From: an uncultured Bacilli bacterium
GTDB lineage: Bacteria > Bacillota_I > Bacilli_A > RF39 > UBA660
Reading direction: 5' to 3'
Length of the DNA stretch: 64,000 bases
Assembly: GCA_947629135.1 (NCBI GenBank)
Contig: CANRCN010000001.1
Span: 411-64,410 of the forward strand
Shown here: in pieces, positions 52,358 through 61,169 of the stretch
Layout: each line of letters opens with the position of its first letter
Numbering within the stretch: position 1 is the first letter of the stretch
Notes under the pieces: generated by a model
The model's input: only the letters and a program-made list of their open reading frames with translations
Database searches by the model: none
Told to the model about the DNA's origin: nothing
Position numbers and translations under genes: made by a program

Positions 52358-53338
52358 ATGAAAGAAGTAAAAAAAGAATATAAAGGTATAGACATAATGA
52401 AATTTTTATTAGCTATAGTTATTATAATTTATCATACTCGTTTATATACTGGTAATAATCATACTTTAAAAACGATTTATGATCTTTTGTTAAGTTCTGC
52501 TGTTCCTTTATTTTTTATAACAAGTGGATTTTTTGTATATGATAAATATAAACAAGAAGAAAGGATAACTAAGTTATTAAAGAAAAATATTAAATTATAT
52601 CTCATTTGGAATCTTATTTATCTTCCAATTGCTATATATGGAGATGTTATTAATAATTATTCAGTTGGAAAATCAATTTTGTTATATATACGTGAATTTT
52701 TATTCTTAGGAGAACATTATTTTAGTTGTCAAATTTGGTATTTATTGTCATTTATATATTCTTTAATAATATTATTGGTGTTAAAAAAATTAAAATTAAA
52801 TGATATAAAAATATTTATAATAACTATTTTAATATATGTTTTTGCAACGGTGATGGTATATTTAACTTCTAATAATTTTGATTATAAATTTGTTAAATTA
52901 TTTAGTAGTATTTTTTCAACAGGAAAAGTATTTTTAGGACCAGCTATAGTTACACTTGGAATGTTTATTAATAAGTATAAAGATAAGATAAAAATATCTA
53001 AAATTGTATTATTATTAATGATTGTTTTATGTACTGTTGTATCAATTATATTTCCAAATAAAATAAGTAGAATAATGCTTTATATATTTGTATTCTTGTT
53101 AGTTATGAATTTGAATAATATTAAATTTAATACTGTTAATTTTAGAAAGTGTAGCATTATATTTTATTTTATTCATATGATTAATTTGTTTATTTATATG
53201 TTAATAGTTGGTATAAATAATACATATGGAATATATAGTTTTATATTTACACTTATTACTTGCATAATAGAATCAGTTATTATAATAGCAATTCAAAATA
53301 AATGGAATCCTAAAGTGTTAAAAGAAATATTTAGTTGA
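52358..53338 (+). CDS. acyltransferase-3 family membrane O-acyltransferase, paralogue of 40083 lacking the poly-G N-terminal extension
   Basis: 'KGIDIMKFLLAIVIIIYHT' motif; near-identical C-terminus ('NIKFNTVNFRKCSIIFYFIHMINLFIYMLIVGINNTYG'). Confidence 0.6.
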   Translation: MKEVKKEYKGIDIMKFLLAIVIIIYHTRLYTGNNHTLKTIYDLLLSSAVPLFFITSGFFVYDKYKQEERITKLLKKNIKLYLIWNLIYLPIAIYGDVINNYSVGKSILLYIREFLFLGEHYFSCQIWYLLSFIYSLIILLVLKKLKLNDIKIFIITILIYVFATVMVYLTSNNFDYKFVKLFSSIFSTGKVFLGPAIVTLGMFINKYKDKIKISKIVLLLMIVLCTVVSIIFPNKISRIMLYIFVFLLVMNLNNIKFNTVNFRKCSIIFYFIHMINLFIYMLIVGINNTYGIYSFIFTLITCIIESVIIIAIQNKWNPKVLKEIFS

Positions 53339-53359
53339 TACGTTAAGTATTAACTTTTT

Positions 53360-53866
53360 TTACCAATATTTACTGATATAATCTTTAATTAAATTATAAC
53401 GTTCAAATACTGATAATACTATTTTTTTATCACTTGTAATTGTTAAAAATTCTTTTTTAGTAACAAATTTAATATCTGAAACTTCTTGAGTTTGTAATTT
53501 TAATTTAGTAAGATCTACTTTGATATTGCTAATATAAATATCAACAAATTGGTGTTTATAAAGTGTAGTAGTTATTAGTTTAAAATCTTTATTAGTTAAA
53601 TTTAAACCAATTTCTTCTTGTATTTCTCGAATTAGAGTTTCTTGACTTTCTTCATTTGCTAATGAACATCCACCTGGAACTTCCCATTCTAAAGGATGAG
53701 ATTTATTTATACTTCTCTTAGTAATTAATAACTTATGATTATTAAATATCCAAATTTCAACTCCAACGTTATATTCTTCTTGAAGTAAAAGAGTATTTCT
53801 TTCTTTAGTATAGTTTAATTTTTCACGATTACTATTATAAACATCAAATAATTCCATTAAAATCAC
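53360..53866 (-). CDS. Nudix hydrolase
   Basis: Nudix box 'PGGCSLANEESQETLIREIQEEIGL' (G-x5-E-x7-R-E-x2-E-E-x-G). Confidence 0.7.
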   Translation of the reverse strand: MILMELFDVYNSNREKLNYTKERNTLLLQEEYNVGVEIWIFNNHKLLITKRSINKSHPLEWEVPGGCSLANEESQETLIREIQEEIGLNLTNKDFKLITTTLYKHQFVDIYISNIKVDLTKLKLQTQEVSDIKFVTKKEFLTITSDKKIVLSVFERYNLIKDYISKYW

Positions 53867-53929
53867 CTAAATATATCTTATCATAAATAGGAAAATATGA
53901 TAAGATAAATATGAAAGGAATTAATACTT

Positions 53930-54361
53930 ATGGATATAATTGTTAAAACTCGTGTTGGATCTTATGGAATTATTATTCACGAAGAGAAAATAGCTTTAGT
54001 AAAAAAAGCTAAAGGTGGTTATAAAGGAAAGCTTGATTTACCTGGTGGGGGAGTAGAGCATGATGAAAATTTAGTTGAAGCTTTAAAAAGAGAAATTAAG
54101 GAAGAAGCTGGAATAGATATTAGTAGTTATAAATTACTTGATGCTACCACTACTAATATTAAATGGAAAATGGCTGAAGAAGTAATGGAAGATTTACAAC
54201 AAATAGGAATTTTATATGTATGTGAGACTAAAGATTTTAATTTAAAAAGTGATGCTGATGGATTGGATTCAGAAGGTGCTAATTGGTATGTAATAAAAGA
54301 TTTAAATAAAGATAATTTAACCCCTTTTGCTAGATATGCTTTAGAGATGTTAGGATATTAA
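53930..54361 (+). CDS. Nudix hydrolase
   Basis: Nudix box 'PGGGVEHDENLVEALKREIKEEAGI'. Confidence 0.7.
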   Translation: MDIIVKTRVGSYGIIIHEEKIALVKKAKGGYKGKLDLPGGGVEHDENLVEALKREIKEEAGIDISSYKLLDATTTNIKWKMAEEVMEDLQQIGILYVCETKDFNLKSDADGLDSEGANWYVIKDLNKDNLTPFARYALEMLGY

Positions 54362-54362
54362 G

Positions 54363-54839
54363 ATGGATATAAAAATAGAAACTGAAGAATTTAATTTTAA
54401 ATTTAGAGTGTCTGGAGTAATTATAAATAACGATAAAGTTTTATTAGTTGATATGGATAAAAGTGGATTTCTTTGCTTTCCTGGGGGATATGTTGAATTA
54501 GGCGAAGAAAGTCAAAAAGCTATTGAAAGAGAAGTTTTAGAAGAAGTAAATATTAAAGTTAAAGTTTTGAAATATTTAGGTGTTATAGAGAACTATTTTA
54601 TTAATAAGTATCAAAGAAAAATTCATGAAATTTGTTTTTATTATTTATTAGAACCTGTTGATGAAATAGAAACTTTAAATTTTAGTTTAGTAGAAAAAGG
54701 TGAATATCGTGATACAATGCTAGATTTTAAGTGGATTAATATAGAAAATTTAGATAAATATGATATAAGGCCTAAAATTATGAAAGATATCTTAAAGGAA
54801 AATAAGATAGAGTTTAAACATTTAGTAGTAAAAGAATAA
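54363..54839 (+). CDS. Nudix hydrolase
   Basis: Nudix box 'PGGYVELGEESQKAIEREVLEEVNI'. Confidence 0.7.
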   Translation: MDIKIETEEFNFKFRVSGVIINNDKVLLVDMDKSGFLCFPGGYVELGEESQKAIEREVLEEVNIKVKVLKYLGVIENYFINKYQRKIHEICFYYLLEPVDEIETLNFSLVEKGEYRDTMLDFKWINIENLDKYDIRPKIMKDILKENKIEFKHLVVKE

Positions 54840-54866
54840 AGATTAAATAAGTTGTGGTGATGTTAT

Positions 54867-56510
54867 ATGCTTGAAATAAATATGAGCAAGGTTATAAAAA
54901 ATTATGGATTTAAAAATATTTTAAATGGATTTGATTTAGAAGTAACAACAGGAGAAAAAATAGGATTAATTGGACAGAATGGTTGTGGTAAAACCACATT
55001 ATTTAAATTAATCACAAAAGAGGAAAATATAGATGATGGTAATATAAGTGTTAGAAAAGGTGCTAATATACGATTACTTTCTCAAATGCCTCCAGTAGTT
55101 AATGATAGTTGCAGTGTTAAAGATATTTTAACGAGAGATTTTAAAATAATATTTGATATTGAAAAAACTATGAAAGAATTAGAAAAACAAATGTCTCTTG
55201 TAGATTCTAAAGAAATGGATAAAATTCTTGATAAATATGGAAAATTACAAATTAAATTTATGAATTTAGATGGTTATAATGTTGATGCTAAGATAAGTGA
55301 ATTATGTAATAAATTTCGAATAGATGAAGACATGTTAGAAAGAAAGTTTAATACATTATCAGGTGGAGAAAAGACTATTGTTAATTTAGCTTCGATTATG
55401 CTATCTAGTCCAGATATTTTACTTTTAGATGAACCTACTAATAATTTAGATATAGATACTTTAGAGTGGTTAGAATCTTTTTTAAAAAATTATCCTGGAA
55501 CGATTATCTTGTGTTCACATGACAGATATTTTTTAGATAAAATAGTTTCTAAAATTGTATTAATGGAAAGAGGAAAATCTGAAATATTTCATGGAAATTA
55601 TTCCTATTATTTAAAAGAAAATGAGAAAAGAATTTTAGCAGAATTTCAAGATTATAAAGATCAACAGAAAATGATAGAAGCAATGAAAAGAAAGATTAAA
55701 CAGTTACAAGAATTTGGTAAATTAGCATATCCTGGAGGAGAATCTTTCTTTAAAAGAGCTGCTAGTATTCAAAAAAGGCTAGATAAAATAGAATTATTGG
55801 ATAGACCTGAAATTAAAAAAGAAGTACCTTTAAATTTTCAAATGAATGATAGATCTGGAAAACAAGTGTTGTTAGTTAGAAATTTTGATTTAAATATTCA
55901 AGATAAAGAGTTATTAAAAAATATTTCTTTTGATATTACCTTTAAAGATAGAATTTGCCTAATGGGAAAAAATGGAAGTGGTAAATCAACTTTAATTAAA
56001 TATATAATGAATATTTATGAAAATAATATAGAAAATGAAAAAGTTAAAATTGGGAGTAATGTATTAATAGGATATATTCCTCAAACAATCACTTTTGAAA
56101 ATGATAATGCAACTATCTTGGAAATAGCAAGAAAATATTTTGATGGATCTGAAACTTATTTAAGAGCATCTTTAGCAAAGTTCATGTTTAATGGGGAAAA
56201 TGTATTCAAAAGAGTAGGAAAATTATCTGGTGGTGAGAAAGTTAGATTAAAATTATTTGAATTAATGCAAAAAAATGTTAATTTATTAATTATGGATGAA
56301 CCAACTAATCATATTGATATTACAACAAGGGAGGTTTTAGAAGATGCTTTGAAAGATTATCATGGTACAATTTTGTTTATTTCACATGATAGATATTTTA
56401 TAAATGAAATAGCTAAAAAGATATTTTATATTGAAGATAAAAAAATTAAAGAATATTTAGGAAATTATGATGATTATTATCAAAAAAATAAAAATAATTA
56501 TAATTTGTAG
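54867..56510 (+). CDS. ABC-F family ATPase (tandem ABC domains, no TM domain)
   Basis: Two Walker A motifs ('GQNGCGKTT', 'GKNGSGKST'), two ABC signatures ('LSGGEKT', 'LSGGEKV'), linker between them, no membrane domain. Confidence 0.8.
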   Translation: MLEINMSKVIKNYGFKNILNGFDLEVTTGEKIGLIGQNGCGKTTLFKLITKEENIDDGNISVRKGANIRLLSQMPPVVNDSCSVKDILTRDFKIIFDIEKTMKELEKQMSLVDSKEMDKILDKYGKLQIKFMNLDGYNVDAKISELCNKFRIDEDMLERKFNTLSGGEKTIVNLASIMLSSPDILLLDEPTNNLDIDTLEWLESFLKNYPGTIILCSHDRYFLDKIVSKIVLMERGKSEIFHGNYSYYLKENEKRILAEFQDYKDQQKMIEAMKRKIKQLQEFGKLAYPGGESFFKRAASIQKRLDKIELLDRPEIKKEVPLNFQMNDRSGKQVLLVRNFDLNIQDKELLKNISFDITFKDRICLMGKNGSGKSTLIKYIMNIYENNIENEKVKIGSNVLIGYIPQTITFENDNATILEIARKYFDGSETYLRASLAKFMFNGENVFKRVGKLSGGEKVRLKLFELMQKNVNLLIMDEPTNHIDITTREVLEDALKDYHGTILFISHDRYFINEIAKKIFYIEDKKIKEYLGNYDDYYQKNKNNYNL

Positions 56511-56522
56511 ATTGGAGTTATT

Positions 56523-57209
56523 ATGGAAAGAATAAAATTAGAAAATGTTAAGAATTTTAGAGATTTAGGTGGATATTTAACAATTGATAATAAAATAACT
56601 AATTTTAATAAAATTTATAGAAGTTCTTTACCAACTTATTTAACAGATAAGGAAATAGAATTTTTTAGAAGAAATAATTTAACAACAATTATAGATTTGA
56701 GAACTAAAGAAGAATTGTCTAAGAAAAAGAATATTTTTAGTACTTTAAAGGAATTTAATTATTATAATATTCCTTTAAGAGGAGGAGATTTTCCTAAAAA
56801 AGAAAAAGATATTCCTTATGGATATTTAGATATAATAGATGATTTAGATAGTGTAAATTTGGTGTTTAAAACTATAAGGGATAGTAAGGGAAGTATTTTA
56901 ATAAATTGTAATGCTGGTAAAGATAGAACTGGGGTTATTTGTATGTTAATTCTATTATTATGTAATGTTTTAGAAGATGAAATTTTAGTAGATTATCAAG
57001 TTTCATATACTTATTTAAGAGAGGTTATTAGAAAAATGCATCTTGATAATCCTAAAATGCCTAAGTATTTAGGAAATTCTAAAATGGAATATATGGAAGA
57101 TACATTAAAATTATTTAATTATAAATATGAATCTATTAATAAATATATGTCATTGCTTGGATTTAATAAAGATGATATGGATAAAATAGTTAAAAAATTA
57201 ATGGATTAA
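56523..57209 (+). CDS. protein tyrosine/dual-specificity phosphatase-like (Y_phosphatase3-type)
   Basis: CX5R P-loop 'CNAGKDRTG'. Confidence 0.6.
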   Translation: MERIKLENVKNFRDLGGYLTIDNKITNFNKIYRSSLPTYLTDKEIEFFRRNNLTTIIDLRTKEELSKKKNIFSTLKEFNYYNIPLRGGDFPKKEKDIPYGYLDIIDDLDSVNLVFKTIRDSKGSILINCNAGKDRTGVICMLILLLCNVLEDEILVDYQVSYTYLREVIRKMHLDNPKMPKYLGNSKMEYMEDTLKLFNYKYESINKYMSLLGFNKDDMDKIVKKLMD

Positions 57210-57235
57210 AAAAATATAAAGAGAGATGATTATTT

Positions 57236-57667
57236 ATGAATAGATTGATAGCTCATGGTTTAATAAAAATAAATGGTAAGTATTTATTGATTAAAAGAAC
57301 TAAAGAAAAAAGAGAAAAAGCTAATTTGTTACCTGATTATTGGGATATACCAGGTGGAATGGTAGAATTAGGGGAGTTACCAAGGGAGGCTGTTGTTAGA
57401 GAAACCAAAGAGGAAGTTAACTTGGATATTGAAGTTAAAGATATTTTGCATGAAGATAGTAATTATGATAAAGAAAAGGATATTGTATTTACTAGATTAG
57501 TATATTGGTGTGAATTATTGGATAGCGAAGATGCTTCTAATATTGTTTTACAAGAAGATGAGCATAGTGAATATAGACTTGTTAATGATTTAGAAGAAAT
57601 GAAAAATGAAAAAATAGTAGATTATTTAATTGATACTATTAGAAATTTAAATAAAAAATATAAGTAA
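57236..57667 (+). CDS. Nudix hydrolase
   Basis: Nudix box 'PGGMVELGELPREAVVRETKEEVNL'. Confidence 0.7.
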   Translation: MNRLIAHGLIKINGKYLLIKRTKEKREKANLLPDYWDIPGGMVELGELPREAVVRETKEEVNLDIEVKDILHEDSNYDKEKDIVFTRLVYWCELLDSEDASNIVLQEDEHSEYRLVNDLEEMKNEKIVDYLIDTIRNLNKKYK

Positions 57668-57710
57668 CCAAATTTGGGTAAATACATAGATTAAAGTAGG
57701 GTGAATATGA

Positions 57711-57992
57711 ATGAATAATAATGGATATCGTATAGTTGTAGATGCAGGACATGGAGGAAGCGATCCTGGTGCTGTATCAGGTGGCTTACGAGAAAAAGAT
57801 TTTACTTTACAAGCAGCTAATTATATGTATAATAGATTTAAAGAACTTGGTGTTCCTGTTGCAATTACAAGAGATGATGATACTACTTTAACTAGAGCTG
57901 AAAGATTATCTACTATGACAGATACTTTTGGAAATGATTCTAAAGTTATAGTTTTATCTAATCACATAAATGCAGGAGGTCGGGATGCATAA
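57711..57992 (+). pseudogene. 5' fragment (93 codons) of an N-acetylmuramoyl-L-alanine amidase (Amidase_3, CwlD-like); the rest of the gene is absent here
   Basis: 'IVVDAGHGGSDPGAVSG...EKDFTL' and 'LSNHINAGG' match the first two zinc-ligand regions of Amidase_3, which are normally followed by ~130 more residues; the ORF stops right after HINAGG and unrelated AT-rich DNA follows. Confidence 0.55.
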
Positions 57993-58078
57993 TATGTGAT
58001 TAAATTACTTTGATAAGCTCCTATTTTACTGTTCCATCTGGAAAAATTAATGTAAAAATGCTAAAATTTTAGTAGGAG

Positions 58079-58300
58079 TTGTTAACTATGAAAATCAAAT
58101 GTAAGAAGTGTAATGATATAATAGAAAATAAAGAATTCAATAAAGAAGCCTGGTGTTCTTGTAAAAATGTGGGATTATTTAATGACTACATTCTTTATGG
58201 AAAAAATAATAAGTTAAAAAAAGATAGTTATATTGATTTAACACCTAAAAAATCTATAGAAGAAGTAATTGAACAAATAAATAATTTAGAAAACAAATAA
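58079..58300 (+). CDS. small zinc-ribbon protein (CxxC...CxC)
   Basis: 73-aa ORF 'KCKKCNDII...WCSCKN'; followed by a terminator. Confidence 0.3.
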   Translation: MLTMKIKCKKCNDIIENKEFNKEAWCSCKNVGLFNDYILYGKNNKLKKDSYIDLTPKKSIEEVIEQINNLENK

Positions 58301-58303
58301 ACT

Positions 58304-58328
58304 GAATTGTGGAAACACAATTTTTTTA
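58304..58328 (+). terminator. Rho-independent terminator
   Basis: stem 'aattgtg'/'cacaatt', GAAA loop, T7. Confidence 0.45.
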
Positions 58329-58647
58329 TGCAAATGAAATGATAAAAATATGAAATAATAATATAAAAATAAAAATTACATTTTAATGAGGTGATTAACT
58401 TTTAAATGTAAAGGATTATTTAAAAGTAGAAGAAAAGAAAAAATAAGCTATCTTATAAATAAAGACTATTTAAGTAGTTTAGATTATATTTTACAAATTT
58501 AAAATAATTTAATAATAAAATACAAAATAGCGAAGATAAGTTATATAAAATTTAAAGAATTATTAATTAAATAATCGAGTTTTTTAGATAATTATGGTAT
58601 AATATGATAAAAATTAAATTAATTTTTAAAATTTTTGAGGTAGTTTT

Positions 58648-58856
58648 ATGAAAAATGAGATTAATATGACAAAAGATGAATTAATAAAAAAGATATTAAG
58701 ATATGATTTAACAGATGATGAAAAAAAAAGCTTTTGATAAAATTGTAGCATCATTTGATGAAATTTATGATTTAGATAGTGATGAATCTAAAACAAAGAT
58801 TTCTAGATCTATTGCTATATATATGATATATAAGGAAAAAGTGTATAAGTAGGTAT
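58648..58856 (+). pseudogene. ~69-codon small ORF interrupted by an A9 homopolymer (frameshift)
   Basis: TGgTATAAT extended -10 at 58595-58603, GAGG RBS, ATG 58648; frame stops at 58735-58737 after A9 (58721-58729); the -1 frame continues to TAG at 58854-58856. Confidence 0.25.
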
Positions 58857-59101
58857 GTGAAAATGTAAACATATATGAGTATTTAATACTTTAAAGTCGT
58901 TCTTGAGATAAAAAATAATGAATGATAAATTATTAGTTAGAATAGCAAAGAGTTAATTAATGAAAATTAAACTTTAAATATCTAAAAAATAGGAGATGCA
59001 ATTTGTTATAATTATTTTCTTGTAAAAATAGTTGAAGCTAGTGATAAATTTATAAGAAGTAAATTTAAAATATTAAAATAATTAGAAGGAGTGATGATAA
59101 A

Positions 59102-60835
59102 TTGGCTACAAAATTTGAAAGAATTTACAATGATATTAAAATCGAATTAAAAGAGATTAAGGATAATAACAAATATAATAATATTTCTCAAGCATATGGT
59201 CATTTTATTTTAAAAATGCTATTTGATTTAACTGATGAAGAAGCATACGATTGCTGCACGGATGGTTCTAATGATAATGGTATAGATGCAATATATATTG
59301 AGCCAGATAAAAGAGTACACTTTTTTCAATTTAAATTTCCAGAAACTGAGAAAAATATCTCGAAAGGTGTATCAGAAGATGAAATATTAAAATTGTGTCA
59401 TGGTGTTCAATCGTTTGTTTCACCAGAAGAAATTTTTAATGAAAATATTTGGAATGATTTATTGAAAGATAAAAGGCAGGAATTTTTAGCTGCTGATTTA
59501 TGTGATATAAAATTGTGGATAGTAAGGTATTCTAATCAGGAAATTAGTAATTCAGCGGAATCTATTATTAATAATTATATGATCGGATACAAAAGAGAGA
59601 CTGGTAATAAAATCGATAAAGAAATTTTTTTAGCAATGGAATGCTTGAATTTATATGAATCAAGAGCTAAAAACATTTGGCCTGATTTTACATTGCCTTA
59701 TGTAAAATCTTTGACTCCATTTAATGATGAAAAAACTAGTATTGCGAGTGCATATGTTTCTTTAAATAGCATATACAATACATTTAGTAAAATTCAAAAT
59801 ACAGTGTTTGAAGGAAATGTAAGATTTTTAAATCCAAATTCTAAAATAAACGATGGAATTAGGGAAACTATATTAAATGTACCTGAGAACTTCCATTTGT
59901 TAAATAATGGAATAACTATTGTATGTAATGAATGTTTAGATATAAATGCAAAATCATATTATAATGTTAAGTGTGGCTCAATTATTAATGGAGCCCAAAC
60001 TGTCGGAACTATAATAAATACTTTATCATCATTAACTGAAGAACAAAGATGTGTATATGAGAAATCTTTTGTATTTGTTAAAATTGTTTCTTTTAATAAA
60101 GATACTAAATTAATAAATGACATGGTATATACTTTAAATACCCAAAATCAAATGAAAAATTCTTATACTTTAGCTAATGATATGATAGTAAAAAATTTAC
60201 AAACAAAAATAAATAAGGAAACTCCTTATTTTCTTGAAGTTAAAAATAACGAATATAATTATTGTAAAAGTAGTTATAAATCGTTTGATAAACTATCTAA
60301 AAACAAAATTGATATTGAAACATTTATTCAAGTTTATACTACATTTTATAATATAAATGATATGGCAGCATTATCTAAAAATAATAAAGCAATTTTATTT
60401 ATGAATGAAAACATACAAAAAATTATTAATGAATTAAAATATGAAGAATCTTTATTATCCTATAAAGTATATGTGCAATTAATGAATATAATAAAAGAAT
60501 ATAGGGCTTATAGAAAAAAATCAGAGAAAATTGAAATATTAAATATTTTAGATATAGATGAAAATGATATAGATGAATATAGATATTTAAATACTGGCAA
60601 TTTTATCATATTATATGCTTTGGGAATAATTTATTGTGAAAAGGGATTAGATCCAGAAAAGAATATGATTCCTGTTATTAAAGCTTTAAGATTATTATTT
60701 AAAAAAGAAAAAAATATTTCTAATGCAACAAGAATAAAAGAAACCTTTGATAGAGTTGAACGTTTTGTTAAAAAATTTAAAATAGATAATGATATTATAG
60801 TTGTGCCAACAAAAGTGGTACTATCGAAATTATAG
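59102..60835 (+). CDS. AIPR-family abortive infection (phage resistance) protein
   Basis: 577 aa; AIPR hallmark 'SIINGAQTVGTIIN' (I-N-G-a-Q-T) mid-protein and N-terminal nuclease-like region with 'DGSNDNGIDAIYIE'. Confidence 0.6.
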   Translation: MATKFERIYNDIKIELKEIKDNNKYNNISQAYGHFILKMLFDLTDEEAYDCCTDGSNDNGIDAIYIEPDKRVHFFQFKFPETEKNISKGVSEDEILKLCHGVQSFVSPEEIFNENIWNDLLKDKRQEFLAADLCDIKLWIVRYSNQEISNSAESIINNYMIGYKRETGNKIDKEIFLAMECLNLYESRAKNIWPDFTLPYVKSLTPFNDEKTSIASAYVSLNSIYNTFSKIQNTVFEGNVRFLNPNSKINDGIRETILNVPENFHLLNNGITIVCNECLDINAKSYYNVKCGSIINGAQTVGTIINTLSSLTEEQRCVYEKSFVFVKIVSFNKDTKLINDMVYTLNTQNQMKNSYTLANDMIVKNLQTKINKETPYFLEVKNNEYNYCKSSYKSFDKLSKNKIDIETFIQVYTTFYNINDMAALSKNNKAILFMNENIQKIINELKYEESLLSYKVYVQLMNIIKEYRAYRKKSEKIEILNILDIDENDIDEYRYLNTGNFIILYALGIIYCEKGLDPEKNMIPVIKALRLLFKKEKNISNATRIKETFDRVERFVKKFKIDNDIIVVPTKVVLSKL

Positions 60836-60867
60836 TTTAGTAAAAAATTATAAATAAGTGTTTGAAA

Positions 60868-60890
60868 GGGAATAAAAATTCTCTTTTTTT
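60868..60890 (+). terminator. possible Rho-independent terminator after the AIPR gene
   Basis: stem 'gggaat'/'attctc' (one G-U), AAAA loop, T7. Confidence 0.35.
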
Positions 60891-61169
60891 ATACTTTTTA
60901 GAAAAAATTTAAACCATTAAGATAGTTTTTAAATGGTATTAGAGCTATTACCTAACAAGAAAATGAGTAGTCTTTTAATCAAATATAAACATAAAATTTA
61001 TGGAGGTGAATTTTAAAAAATGAATATAAAAGAAACTTTCGATAATGATAAAAATTTGGTTGATTTGATAGAAGAATATTTAAAAATAATGCTATTTAAA
61101 GAGAGAGACTCCTAGTTATGAATTATAGTGAATATACTTGTGAAGTTATGCATTTAAAAGGAGTTGTAA

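Noticed and set aside
53360-57667. Interpreting the Nudix/ABC-F/PTP cluster as a phage-defence system
   Set aside because: There is no nuclease, sensor or toxin-type domain and no mobile-element hallmark; the genes look metabolic or housekeeping. It is kept only as a low-interest observation.
60900-60950. Inverted repeat 'accatt-13nt-aatggt' between the AIPR and recombinase genes, considered as an att core
   Set aside because: The arms are only 6 bp, which is common by chance in AT-rich DNA.
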